Notes: generated by a model from the letters alone, not told the origin. DNA of 64,000 bases from Eubacteriales bacterium (GCA_045600125.1 JAZRXH010000119.1:1513-65512); one strand, 5' to 3'. Shown: positions 19,247 through 29,227, numbered from the stretch's first letter. Translations and numbers: made by a program.

Positions 19247-21028
19247 ATGACCATGGCATACACAAAATTCACCTCTCTGAAAACTCCGTCCTATATGGGG
19301 AAAAGCGCCTATGCCGGCAAGGCGGGGCAAGAAGAGAAGAACCAACAATTTCTTCCCGCGCGGGAAAGAACACAGAGCCCCCTTCGCAGCAAAGAAGCCC
19401 GCTTCTCCCCGCTCTCGTCCCCGGCGGGCACCGCTTTGAAAAATCCGGCGGCAAGGCAGACAAGCGCCGCTTCGGGCACAGCCTCGGTAAAATCCGGGGC
19501 AAAACAGAATGCCGGCACGGTTTTCGGCAAGGCGGCAATGAAAACGGGGACGGCTTTTGACAAGCAGCCGGCAGAACAGACCGGCACGGTTTTCGGCAAG
19601 GCAACGGTCGAACAGACCGGCACGTCGGCGGCAAAAAAGACGGGGTATGCCTCCGGCAGGTCGGCGGGAAGACCGGAGGGGACGGCTTCGGGCGCTTCTT
19701 CGGGTATTTCTTCGCAGGAGAAGAGCCGGCAAGGTATGGAGAAGGTCGCCGGACAAGGTTCGGAAAAGCCCCGTTTCTCGGCATCGAAGGTCTGCGTCTT
19801 TTCCCTTCTCACGCTGGCGGTCTTTACCTCGGCGGTGTATTCCTCCGGGCTCTGTGCCCCCGAGCATTTTACAAGGGCGTTCCTCGCCTACTGTGAGAAA
19901 GCCGGGCAGGCGGAGACACGGCTTCGGGCAAAGGCAAAAGGCATCGGAAGCGCCGAGGCAGACGCTTTCGGCGAAAGTCTGTACGTGCAGGGGCTCGGCA
20001 ATGCGGGCACGGAAGGCACTTCCGGCTCTGCCGCACGGGATGCCGATTTTGCAGGCTCGGGAAAAGGCTTTGAAAGCGGCGGGAGCTATGCGGGCTCGCT
20101 TCTTACGGGAAGCGGCGCTTCGGGAGCGGCAAAGACAGGGACACCCGGAAGCGGCATGACGACGGTCCTTGCGGCTTCGGCGTACACGGACGGCGCAGGC
20201 GATCCTTCCGCTGTCTTTCCCGCATACACAAGCGAGGCGGACGCCGTGTTCTCTTCCGATTCCCCGCCGCCTGCCTATGACGAAGGCGATATCGTCTGCC
20301 GGGACCTTTCCCGGGGCGGTGACGGGATCTATCTTCTCAACGAAACGGGGAGGGACATTGACGTGGAGGCGCTTTCGGCGTCGCCTCTTCCGGAAGCTCT
20401 GCGGCTTTACGGCACCGAAGAGCCGGAGGTACTGATCCTCCACACCCACGGCACCGAGAGCTACATCGACACCGGCAGCAGGAGCACCGACACCGAAAAG
20501 AACGTGGTACGGGTGGGGGATGAGCTGGCAAAAGTCCTTGAGGCGTACGGGATCTCGGTTCTCCATTCGAGGACGATGCACGACGAATACTCCTACATCA
20601 CCGCCTACAAGAGCTCCAAGACCGAGGCGCAGAAGCTCCTTGCCTCCTACCCTTCGGTAAAATACGTCATTGACCTGCACCGGGACGCTCTGCCGAAGGA
20701 CGGCGGGGCACGCATCAAGTGTGTAAGCGATATACACGGAACGGCGGCGGCGCAGATGATGCTGGTCATCGGCTCGGATGCGGGGGGCGGGAACCATCCG
20801 AACTACACGGAAAACCTTGCGGCGGCGTCACGCCTTCAGGCGGAGATGAACCGGGAATTCCCCACCCTCATGCGCCCCATCAACCTGCGGAGCGCCGTCT
20901 TCAATCAGGACATCTGCCGCGGGGCGATGATCCTCGAGGTGGGCTGCAGCGACAACACGCTGGAGGAGGCGCTCTGTGCCGTGCGGTGCTTTGCAAAGGC
21001 GTTCGTGCGGACAGGGCAGGGCGCATAA
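19247..21028 (+). CDS. spoIIP: Stage II sporulation protein P with long low-complexity N-terminus
   Basis: ILHTHGTESY, NVVRVGDEL, IDLHRDA, FNQD, ILEVG; start uncertain (19220/19247/19253). Confidence 0.85.
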   Translation: MTMAYTKFTSLKTPSYMGKSAYAGKAGQEEKNQQFLPARERTQSPLRSKEARFSPLSSPAGTALKNPAARQTSAASGTASVKSGAKQNAGTVFGKAAMKTGTAFDKQPAEQTGTVFGKATVEQTGTSAAKKTGYASGRSAGRPEGTASGASSGISSQEKSRQGMEKVAGQGSEKPRFSASKVCVFSLLTLAVFTSAVYSSGLCAPEHFTRAFLAYCEKAGQAETRLRAKAKGIGSAEADAFGESLYVQGLGNAGTEGTSGSAARDADFAGSGKGFESGGSYAGSLLTGSGASGAAKTGTPGSGMTTVLAASAYTDGAGDPSAVFPAYTSEADAVFSSDSPPPAYDEGDIVCRDLSRGGDGIYLLNETGRDIDVEALSASPLPEALRLYGTEEPEVLILHTHGTESYIDTGSRSTDTEKNVVRVGDELAKVLEAYGISVLHSRTMHDEYSYITAYKSSKTEAQKLLASYPSVKYVIDLHRDALPKDGGARIKCVSDIHGTAAAQMMLVIGSDAGGGNHPNYTENLAAASRLQAEMNREFPTLMRPINLRSAVFNQDICRGAMILEVGCSDNTLEEALCAVRCFAKAFVRTGQGA

Positions 21029-21160
21029 CAGGTCGCCGTTCTCTTTTCCCCTCTTGAATTTTCCGTTAAAGTGTGGTATGATAGTCCCATACGGGAGGAA
21101 CGTCCGCAAAAGGCGAAGGCTTCCCGGAAAACCATACAAAAAAGAGAGGGACAGACGATC

Positions 21161-21958
21161 ATGCTTCTTCACGATATACACGTACACACCCATCTTTCAA
21201 GCTGTGCAAAGCCGACGGCGATCGCCGACGAATACATTCGCAGGGCAAGTGCCATGGGGCTTCACACTCTCGGCTTTGCCGATCATTTCTGGGATGAAAA
21301 GGTGACGGAATACCCGGCGTCCGACTGGTACCGTCCGCAGAATTTCGATCATATCCGTCAAATTCTCGGGGAGGTCACCGAAAAGCCGGAAAACCTTCGC
21401 ATTCTGTACGGCTGTGAGACCGAGTTCTGCCGCGGGCAGTTCCTCGGCATCACCGAGGAGCGGGCGAAGGCGCTTGACTTCATTCTCGTTCCCCATTCCC
21501 ACACGCACATGCACGGCTTTACGATAGACGCCGAGGCAGCCCTCGATCCGAAAGCCCACGCCGCTTATCTTGTGGAGAGCTTCAAGGCGGTATGCCGTCA
21601 TCCTCTGGCAAAATACATCACCTCCATTGCGCACCCGTTCCATCCCGTGGCGGTAAAGCCGGATTTCGAGACGGCAGTCATCGAGAACATCAGCGACAAC
21701 GATTTCGGCGAGTGCTTCACTCTGGCAGGAGAAAAGAACATCGGCATCGAGCTGAACGCCTCTCACGTTTCAAGACCGAATATTGACAGGACCTCGAGGA
21801 TCTTCAAGTGTGCCAAGGATGCCGGATGCCGGTTCTCCTTCGGCTCGGACGCTCACGACACGGTTTACTACGTGCCGGAGATGCAGAAGGTACTCACCGA
21901 CTTTTCGTCGTCCCTCGGTCTTACCGACGACGATCTTATCGACCTCATGCGCCGATAA
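21161..21958 (+). CDS. PHP domain phosphoesterase
   Basis: DIHVHT, ADH, GCE, AHP, GSDAH. Confidence 0.88.
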   Translation: MLLHDIHVHTHLSSCAKPTAIADEYIRRASAMGLHTLGFADHFWDEKVTEYPASDWYRPQNFDHIRQILGEVTEKPENLRILYGCETEFCRGQFLGITEERAKALDFILVPHSHTHMHGFTIDAEAALDPKAHAAYLVESFKAVCRHPLAKYITSIAHPFHPVAVKPDFETAVIENISDNDFGECFTLAGEKNIGIELNASHVSRPNIDRTSRIFKCAKDAGCRFSFGSDAHDTVYYVPEMQKVLTDFSSSLGLTDDDLIDLMRR

Positions 21959-22009
21959 AGCACGGCAAAAGCCATCGGCTGCATTATCACCCGGAAAGGA
22001 AAAACAAAG

Positions 22010-22894
22010 ATGGGAGACAAGGCTCTTCTTGACAGGCATAATTTCAAATTCAAAAAGCAATACGGGCAGAACTTTCTGACCGACCGCAAAATTCCCGCAA
22101 GGATCGCAGAGAACTGCACGGCTCTTCCGGTACCGGAAGCGGAGGACGGCAGGCGGTGTGACGAGGTGATCCTGGAGATCGGGCCCGGGGCGGGCATTCT
22201 GACGAAGGAGCTTGCTCTTCGCTATCGCCGTGTGGCGGCGGTGGAGATCGACCCGAACCTGATCCCGATCCTCTCGGAGGCGCTGGCGGACTTTCCCAAC
22301 ACGTCGGTACTGAACGAGGACATCATGGCGGTGGATCTGCCGGCGTTCGTGGCGGAGATCACCGAAAACGGAAAGTATCCCGTGTCGGTCTGTGCGAATC
22401 TCCCCTACTACATCACGACGCCGATCCTCATGAAGCTGCTCGAAACACGCTGCGGCTTCGGGTTCATCACGGTGATGGTACAGAAGGAGGTCGCCCGCCG
22501 TCTCTGCGCCGCTCCGGGAAGTCCGGACTACGGTTCCATCAGCGCCGAGATCGGTCTTTACGGTCAAGCCGCAAAGCTGTTCGACGTGCCCTCCGGGTGC
22601 TTCAACCCGAGGCCGAAGGTGGACTCCGCCGTAGTCAAAATTTCCCTCGACAAGTCGGAAAAGTACCCGATAGATCTTGCCGACAAGACGAGCGCTCTGA
22701 TCCGTGCCGCCTTCGGACAGCGCCGTAAAACATTGGTAAACTCCCTCTCCGTCCTCGGCGGCCGCCTCGTGTCGCAGGATAAAGCCGAGCTTGGGCGCAT
22801 CATAGCAAATACCCTCGGCGTCCCCGAAGACGTGCGGGGCGAAAAGCTCAGCACGGCGCAGTTCGCCGCCCTTGCACCTATCCTCATCAAATAA
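22010..22894 (+). CDS. rsmA: 16S rRNA dimethyladenosine transferase
   Basis: KKQYGQNFL, EIGPGAG, ANLPYYITTP, MVQKEVA, PRPKVDSAV. Confidence 0.96.
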   Translation: MGDKALLDRHNFKFKKQYGQNFLTDRKIPARIAENCTALPVPEAEDGRRCDEVILEIGPGAGILTKELALRYRRVAAVEIDPNLIPILSEALADFPNTSVLNEDIMAVDLPAFVAEITENGKYPVSVCANLPYYITTPILMKLLETRCGFGFITVMVQKEVARRLCAAPGSPDYGSISAEIGLYGQAAKLFDVPSGCFNPRPKVDSAVVKISLDKSEKYPIDLADKTSALIRAAFGQRRKTLVNSLSVLGGRLVSQDKAELGRIIANTLGVPEDVRGEKLSTAQFAALAPILIK

Positions 22895-22897
22895 TAT

Positions 22898-23092
22898 GCG
22901 GGGCTGCTCGCCCCGTACCCTCGCCGCCTTACGATAGCGCGGGGCTGCTCGCCCCGTACCCTCGCCGCCTTATGATAGCGCGGGGCTGCTCGCCCCACAC
23001 CCTCGCCGCATTACGATAGCGCGGGGCTGCTCGCCCCACACCCTCGCCGCATTACGATAGCGTGGGGCTGCTCGCCCCACACCCTCGCCGCC
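22898..23092 (+). repeat. 41-bp tandem repeat, about 4.7 units (amplified end module of the repeat family)
   Basis: GCGGGGCTGCTCGCCCC(GT/AC)ACCCTCGCCGC(C/A)TTA(C/T)GATAGC with no unique spacers. Confidence 0.92.
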
Positions 23093-23530
23093 TTTTGAAA
23101 AAGGCGGGCGAAAACTTTTACTCAGTGGCAGCCCGTACGGACTGCCACGGTTCTTTTTTTGAGATAAAAGGATAAGTGCCTACTGTCCGCCGGGGGCAAG
23201 CGCCGCCCCCGGCGGATGTTTATTTTCGTTTTCTGATTAGTGGGTGGCTGTCTACTGTCTATTGCGGCAAGAAAGCAGTGCCGCAACAGAGGTTCTTTTG
23301 CGGTTTTAGAGAAAACTCCGGGTTTTGCCGCTTAGGATGATAACGGCAAAAACAAATCTCCGCTGAGGTCGTATCTTGATCTCAGCGGACAGTGGGAACT
23401 GATTATTGTTACAAACCCCATGAGTTTGACCGCTCAGGATCATGGCGGTCAAACGGGATGATACTCGGGCATCGGTGCTTTCGGTTTTATCGGAGGTAAA
23501 GTCCCGAAGTGGCGGCGGGGTCTCCCCGCA
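23085..23530 (+). repeat. Modular repeat, copy 5
   Basis: CGCCTTTTGAAAAAGGCG; GTGGCAGCCCGTACGGACTGCCAC; TGCCTACTGT; CCGCTGAGGTC...GATCTCAGCGG; GTTTGACCGC...GCGGTCAAAC. Confidence 0.88.
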
Positions 23531-23564
23531 AAAGAAAAAACGGCTTGCAATGCAAACCGTTTTC

Positions 23565-23649
23565 TGGTGCGGATGATGGGACTTGAACCCATATGATATA
23601 CATCACACGCCCCTCAAACGTGCGCGTCTGCCAGTTCCGCCACATCCGC
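23565..23649 (-). tRNA. tRNA-Leu(GAG)
   Basis: GCGGATG acceptor, CACGT-TTGAGGG-GCGTG anticodon arm, long variable arm, GTTCAAGTC, encoded CCA; TTGACA...TATAAT promoter at ~23679-23708. Confidence 0.95.
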
Positions 23650-23917
23650 ATGTCCTTGGTTTCCCAACGGAACGACGTTATTATATCACACGCACTCCCG
23701 TTTGTCAAGGGTTTTTTGAAAGTTTTTCAGTTTTTTTCGATTTTTTCGATTTCGCCAAAATGTGTTATTTTTTCGGGAATATCATAGGCATTTTACCGAT
23801 ATTTTGCCGTTTTGGCGTGCATTTTCGCCACATTTTGCCTTTTTGAAATATAATTTTATATCATTATTCACACATTTTTGATAGAATGAGCAAAAATACA
23901 TAAGGAGGAATCCTCAC

Positions 23918-24454
23918 ATGAGTATATGTCAGAAATGCGGTCAGCCTCTTGCAGAGGGCGCTAAGTTCTGTACCAACTGCGGCAATGTCGTTCCCGCTCC
24001 CGCCGCTTCCAAGGCAGAACCTGCTGCCGCACAGGCAAATCAGTATACATCCGGTCAGTCTTACACGACCGGTACGCAGGGCCAGTACAACCAGTACAAT
24101 CAGCAGAATCAGTACAATCCCCAGCAGAACCGCACCTACGGTCAGTACGCCAATCCCCAGACCCAGACGTCTTATATCCCCACCGCTCCCGCTTACACCG
24201 CTCCCGCAAAAACGCCGGTCACGGCAGGAGGTTACATTCTCCGGTCGCTCCTGAACCTCATCCCCGTTGTCGGCTGGCTCATTTACTTCATCATGCTCTT
24301 CGTATGGGCAAACGATCAGACCAAGGAAGACAGCTTCCGCGGATGGGCAAAGGCACAGCTGATTCTGATTTTCATCGGTATCGGCATCGCCATCATCTTT
24401 GCGATCATCGCCGCTGTTGCGGGCGTAGGCCTCCTTGATGCACTGTATTATTGA
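23918..24454 (+). CDS. Zinc-ribbon domain membrane protein
   Basis: CQKCG...FCTNCG, Q/Y-rich linker, 2 C-terminal TM segments; AGGAGG RBS. Confidence 0.85.
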   Translation: MSICQKCGQPLAEGAKFCTNCGNVVPAPAASKAEPAAAQANQYTSGQSYTTGTQGQYNQYNQQNQYNPQQNRTYGQYANPQTQTSYIPTAPAYTAPAKTPVTAGGYILRSLLNLIPVVGWLIYFIMLFVWANDQTKEDSFRGWAKAQLILIFIGIGIAIIFAIIAAVAGVGLLDALYY

Positions 24455-24504
24455 TTTACCGATCGTTTTTCCCGGTAAAGGCGTTCACAACCGAAAATAA
24501 AAAC

Positions 24505-24537
24505 GGAAGCTCCGGAAAAATCCGGGGCTTCTTTTTT
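24505..24537 (+). terminator. Intrinsic terminator
   Basis: GAAGCTCCGGA-AAAA-TCCGGGGCTTC-TTTTTT. Confidence 0.7.
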
Positions 24538-24618
24538 GCCCGATATAGATATAAAACGGTATAAAACGGCGGGCACAAAAAGAAAAAGCGCTGCCGAAAA
24601 GCAACGCTTTCTTTGAAG

Positions 24619-24690
24619 TGACCCGTGCGGGAATTGAACCCACGTTACAGCCGTGAAAGGGCCGTGTCTTAACCTCTTGACCAACGGGCC
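24619..24690 (-). tRNA. tRNA-Glu(TTC)
   Basis: GGCCCGTTGGTCAAG...CGGCC-CTTTCAC-GGCTG...GGTTCAATTCC; CCA not encoded. Confidence 0.95.
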
Positions 24691-24696
24691 GAAAAG

Positions 24697-24770
24697 TAGC
24701 GGAAGTCGGATTTGAACCAACGACCTGCCGGGTATGAACCGGATGCTCTAGCCAGCTGAGCTATTCCGCC
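24697..24770 (-). tRNA. tRNA-Met(CAT), elongator type
   Basis: GGCGGAATAGCTCAGCTGGCTAGAGC-ATCCGG-TTCATAC-CCGG...GGTTCAAATCC. Confidence 0.93.
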
Positions 24771-25039
24771 GAAAAGTGTTGGAACGTGACCGCCACAACG
24801 CTTGATTATTATAGCACGCAAATACCGTTTTGTCAAGGGCTTTTTGAAGATTTTTTTGCCAAATTTACGCAAATTTCACTTTTTTATGTTTTTGGCAGGG
24901 GAAATTTCAGCAGAGCGAAAGAAACCGGTCTTCATATCCGTCCGGCAAAACGCCGACGAAGAGCGGGGCGCAAACGTTCGGCAGCGTGCTTTTTGTCAAA
25001 GCCTGCGCCCGCCGCTTTTCGCATCCATATCCGTTTTGA

Positions 25040-26437
25040 TCAGACCTGCTTTTCCGACCAGCCGGCGTTTTTGTAGACGTCGGCTTTGCTCTTTCCTTTG
25101 ACCTTCCGATAGATGGCGTGGCTTCTTTCCGCCATGTTTCCCACCCGCCCGGCAAACCGGGTAAAGCTCTTGTCACCGCAGGTGAGAAGCCCGAAATACA
25201 CGACCGACGGGATCCCTCTCGGGGCAAAAAGACGGTTCCACGTGGTTTTCAGAACGCCGAGGTGTTTTCCTTCTTTGGCTGCCTCGAAGGCGGAATTCAG
25301 GTCGGCGTCCTCCTCCCAGGGACACAAGAGGACGTCAAAGCCGTTTTTCGCAAAGAAGTCCGCACTTTTCCAGGGGCTTTCCACGGCGTTATACTGCCAG
25401 TCGGCGATGATGATATCCTTATCGAGCCGCTCAATGAGCGCCGCCGCATATTCGGCGGAGGAATTGCACTCATAGACGTTACAGCCGTTTTTCCTCTCTT
25501 CGCCCGCTTTCGGCTCAAAGAACCTTTTGCAAAGGAGCATATCGCCCCAGATGATGGCTTGTCTGCCCTTTGCCTTCAGAGAAGCGCTGACTTCATTCAG
25601 ATAGTCGCACAGCTCCTCGGCGTCGAATTCGATGCCTGCCTCGTCACAGCCGAGATGGAAATACCCGGAGTTCCCGAAAAGCTCCATCAGCTCTTCCCGG
25701 ACTCCGGAAAGAAGCTCCCTTGTTTCCGGACTGTTGAAATTCCACACCCAGCCGTAGCTTTTCGGATAGTACAGATACTCCAGACACGGATCCTGATCCA
25801 GCAGCGTATGCTTTCCGGAGTATCCGAGCCGTGCAAGCGAGGCGTGACCGAGGTGCTGGAAGAACGGCACGATGGCAAGGCCGAGGGCATTGGCTTCCCG
25901 GACGATCTGCCGGATCTCGTCTTTTGTCAAGGCATTTTCCCATGACAGCTCCCTCAGCGTATCGAGCTTTACGGCGCCCCACGTTTCAAGAAAAACGTGG
26001 GTATATTTGGCGATGGCGCAGGTCCGTATCACCCGGCGGATATCCTCAAAGGAATACTCGGGGAACAGGCAGAGGTGAACGCCCCGGAAGCCGATATCTG
26101 CCTTTTCCCGGATCTCGCCGCACTCGGCACGGTAGTCCAGCTTCCCGTAGCAGAAAATCATCTCGAGAAAGGTGAAGAGTCCCCGCATGGTACCGGCGTG
26201 GTCTGCGCCGCAGAGGAAGACTCCCTTTTCGGTGACGTTTACGGCGTAGTCGCCCTCGCCGAGCCCGATCTTCTCACCCCTGCCGACCGTTATTTCAAAA
26301 ACATCCGTGCCTTCGGAATAGGAAATATCCCACTCGATACCGGGAGTATAGCCGGAAAGCAGTTCTTCGACAAAGGGGGTCTTCGCCGCCTTCGGCAGTG
26401 TGATCCTCTGCCCGTTTTCAATATAAAAGTAGTTCAT
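25040..26437 (-). CDS. GH20-like glycoside hydrolase (hexosaminidase)
   Basis: FRGVHL, QHLGH, FHLGCDEA catalytic motif, IWGDML. Confidence 0.82.
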   Translation of the reverse strand: MNYFYIENGQRITLPKAAKTPFVEELLSGYTPGIEWDISYSEGTDVFEITVGRGEKIGLGEGDYAVNVTEKGVFLCGADHAGTMRGLFTFLEMIFCYGKLDYRAECGEIREKADIGFRGVHLCLFPEYSFEDIRRVIRTCAIAKYTHVFLETWGAVKLDTLRELSWENALTKDEIRQIVREANALGLAIVPFFQHLGHASLARLGYSGKHTLLDQDPCLEYLYYPKSYGWVWNFNSPETRELLSGVREELMELFGNSGYFHLGCDEAGIEFDAEELCDYLNEVSASLKAKGRQAIIWGDMLLCKRFFEPKAGEERKNGCNVYECNSSAEYAAALIERLDKDIIIADWQYNAVESPWKSADFFAKNGFDVLLCPWEEDADLNSAFEAAKEGKHLGVLKTTWNRLFAPRGIPSVVYFGLLTCGDKSFTRFAGRVGNMAERSHAIYRKVKGKSKADVYKNAGWSEKQV

Positions 26438-26526
26438 CGTGATCTCCGTTCTGCCGGGGAAACCGGCAAAAAGCGGGGTCCCCCAAAACCCGGAGCCCCG
26501 CTTAAAACTTGATAATAATTCCCCGT

Positions 26527-26853
26527 TTACTCGTCTTCCTCAGTCTCCACCTGCGGAAACGCCGTATCGTTGACCGTGAGGTTCGGCTCCCGACACTCGG
26601 GGTATTCAAAGGAATGGAACCAGTCGTCGTACTTCGAGCAGCAGCGGCGAAGCATCTTATCGTACTTCTTTTCTTCCGCCGCATCCAGCATGGCAAATAC
26701 GCCGCCTGCCGCCGACGCCGCCGCGGCAAGTGCCGCAAGCGTCCCCGCGATCCCCTTGCTCTTCCGTACCGAAAACGCAAAAGCTGCGAGGAACGTCGCC
26801 GACGCCGCAAACAGCGTCACCGCTGTCAGTAATTTATTTCTGTTGTTCTTCAT
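26527..26853 (-). CDS. Small hypothetical membrane protein
   Basis: GAGGTG RBS, 2 Ala-rich hydrophobic segments, acidic tail. Confidence 0.55.
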   Translation of the reverse strand: MKNNRNKLLTAVTLFAASATFLAAFAFSVRKSKGIAGTLAALAAAASAAGGVFAMLDAAEEKKYDKMLRRCCSKYDDWFHSFEYPECREPNLTVNDTAFPQVETEEDE

Positions 26854-26878
26854 ATCTGCACCTCGCCAGTCAATATGC

Positions 26879-27423
26879 AGGGCTACTCGCCCTGCACCTC
26901 GCCATATTGTGGGTCTACTCGCCCCACACCCTCGCCGCCTTTTGAAAAAGGCGGGCGAAAACTTTCAAATAGTCAAAGTCCATACGGACTTTGACGGGAA
27001 TTTTTTGAATAATGGGTCATTGCCTACTGTCTGTTGCGCAGGAAAGCAGTGCCGCAGCGGGGTACCCCCGCAGGCAAATCGGGACTGCACTTCCGACAAA
27101 ATCGAAAGTCCCGATTCCCGAGTATCATTCCGTTTTGCCGCCATAAATTCGAGCGGCAAAACTCAATGCTTATACCAATATCAAAACTTACCTGTGTTGC
27201 GGTGCTGCTTTTCCGCTGCAGTGTGGGTACCCCCGCGGGCAATTCGGGAATGCACCTCAGTAAAAAAACGGAATAAGGTGATCCTTTGTTCTGAAAAACA
27301 CCCCGTCAAAGTCCGAACGGACTTTGACTATTCAAAAGTTTTCGCCCCGCCTTTTTCAAAAGGCGGGCGGGGGTGTGGGGCGCGCAGCCCCGCAAAAAGG
27401 GGGTATTGAGCGAGCAGCCCCGC
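26879..27423. repeat. Modular repeat, copy 6 (inverted composite with outward-facing ends)
   Basis: CGCCTTTTGAAAAAGGCG plus GTCAAAGTCC...GGACTTTGAC at 26934-26996, and the inverted set at 27304-27393. Confidence 0.88.
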
Positions 27424-27430
27424 CAATAAA

Positions 27431-28543
27431 TCACTTTAGGAAGTTGCCCTTGGCTTTGAGGAAGGCGTTCATGAAGCCGTCGAGCTCGCCGTCCATCACG
27501 GCGGTGACGTTACCGTCCTCGTAGCCGGTCCTTGCGTCCTTCACGAGGGTATAGGGCATAAAGACGTAGTTACGGATCTGGGAGCCCCACTCGATATTGA
27601 GCTTATCGCCCCGGATATCCTCGATCTTATCCAGCTTTTCACGGGTCTTGATCTCCATGAGCTTGGACTTCAGCATACGAAGGCAGGTCTCACGGTTCTG
27701 GAGCTGGCTTCGTTCGGTCTGACAGCCGACGACGATACCGGTGGGGATATGGGTGATACGCACGGCAGAGTCGGTCTTGTTGATATGCTGACCGCCGGCG
27801 CCGCTGGCTCTGTGGCATTCCATCTTAATGTCTTCTTCCTTGATCTCGATGGAATTATCATCGGTAAATTCGGGAGTGATCTCCACCGAAGCAAAGGAAG
27901 TCTGTCTTCTGCCGGAGGCGTCGAAGGGAGAAACACGGACGAGTCTGTGTACGCCGTTTTCGCTTCGGAGATAGCCGTAGGCAAATTCGCCCTGCACAAG
28001 GAAGGTGGCGCTCTTGATGCCCGCTTCGTCGCCGTCGAGGTAGTCGATGAGCTTTACCTTGAAGCCGCTCTTCTCTGCCCAGCGGTTATACATTCTGTAC
28101 AGCATTTCCGCCCAGTCCTGCGCCTCGGTACCGCCGGCACCGGGATGGATGGACACGATGGCGTTGAGCTTGTCGAACTCTCCGGAAAGGAGCGCTCTTA
28201 TGTTCTGATCCTCGTATTCCTTTTCAACTCTGGCAAGCTCTGAAAGGATCTCCTCGGTAAAGCTCTCGTCCTCTTCCTCCAGAGCCATGGCGATGAGCTG
28301 TTCGAGGGAATCGGCGTCGCCGGAAAGTCTGTCGTAGCCTTCGATGACTGCCTTTGCGTCCTTGAGGGCGGTCAGGACGGTCTGGGTATCCTCCCGTCCC
28401 CAGAAGTCGGCTGCGCAGGTCTCGGCTTCGAGATCCTTTGCCTTCTGTCGGTTCTCGTCGACTCTGAGGCTTTCGGCGAGCTCCTTTATATCTTCCTTGA
28501 GGGATTGCAGTTTAAGTCTTGCTTCATCAAGCTGGATAATCAA
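27431..28543 (-). CDS. prfB: Peptide chain release factor 2 (continuous ORF)
   Basis: SPF anticodon motif (RVSPFD), GAGGQH; GGAGG RBS before TTG 28543. Confidence 0.95.
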   Translation of the reverse strand: MIIQLDEARLKLQSLKEDIKELAESLRVDENRQKAKDLEAETCAADFWGREDTQTVLTALKDAKAVIEGYDRLSGDADSLEQLIAMALEEEDESFTEEILSELARVEKEYEDQNIRALLSGEFDKLNAIVSIHPGAGGTEAQDWAEMLYRMYNRWAEKSGFKVKLIDYLDGDEAGIKSATFLVQGEFAYGYLRSENGVHRLVRVSPFDASGRRQTSFASVEITPEFTDDNSIEIKEEDIKMECHRASGAGGQHINKTDSAVRITHIPTGIVVGCQTERSQLQNRETCLRMLKSKLMEIKTREKLDKIEDIRGDKLNIEWGSQIRNYVFMPYTLVKDARTGYEDGNVTAVMDGELDGFMNAFLKAKGNFLK

Positions 28544-28710
28544 TGTCTTGTCCTCCGTACACATATATTCAGTTTATATTATATACCAAAATCCCGCTTT
28601 TGTAAAGAGGGGAGCGTAAAATTTTACATTTCGGGCTTTTTCAGACCTTTTCGGGACTTTCGCGCTTTCCGGAACACCAAATAACGGTGAAAATCCGGGC
28701 GGCGTCCGAC

Positions 28711-29108
28711 CGTGGAAAACTTCTCCACGACCATGTGTTCCAAACGGATGCTCCACTGTATCTTGTGGTATCGCCTGCTCCGGAAGCAGCCCCGGAGGCG
28801 CCGAAAGTGGATAAATCTGTGGAATATGTGGATAACGCAAAAGCACAGAGCGAATACTCCATACAGAAGCACGGGAAGGCTGTCGAAAAAAGTGGAAAAT
28901 CCCGTGCCTGCGGCATTTCAGCACCGTTTTTTGTGGACAAATCTGTGGAATATGTGGAAAAGTTGCAAGGGATATTTTTACAGATATACCGAAACGGTGC
29001 ATATATTCAGAGAAAAATACGCCGTTTTCCACCCGAAAATCCCCTTTTCGGGGTTACTATATATAGATGCGGAGAATCCACTTGCCCATGTTGGAATCCT
29101 GTGGAAAA
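28711..29108. promoter_or_regulatory. DnaA-box cluster
   Basis: AGTGGATAA 28806, TGTGGAATA 28818, TGTGGATAA 28827 (perfect), TGTGGACAA 28932, TGTGGAATA 28944, TGTGGAAAA 28953 and 29100, plus weaker boxes. Confidence 0.7.
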
Positions 29109-29137
29109 ATCCCCGTTCCGGTGCCCCGCGTGCGGGC

Positions 29138-29166
29138 TTGACAAGGCGCCGGTTTTCGTGTATAAT
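29138..29166 (+). promoter_or_regulatory. Consensus sigmaA promoter
   Basis: TTGACA-17-TATAAT. Confidence 0.8.
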
Positions 29167-29227
29167 ACCGGTAGTCGGCAGAGCTTGCCGTAAATACCTA
29201 CTGATATATGAAAGTGAGAAAAAGAAA

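Noticed and set aside
22898-23092. CRISPR array
   Set aside because: Units are near-identical along their whole 41 bp with no unique spacers, and there are no cas genes in the window
23565-24770. tRNA-anchored genomic island
   Set aside because: No integrase and no duplicated tRNA 3' end seen in the window
28712-29227. N-terminal extension of the 305-aa ORF
   Set aside because: It runs through the DnaA-box cluster and a consensus promoter; the real YlbF-like gene starts at 29228
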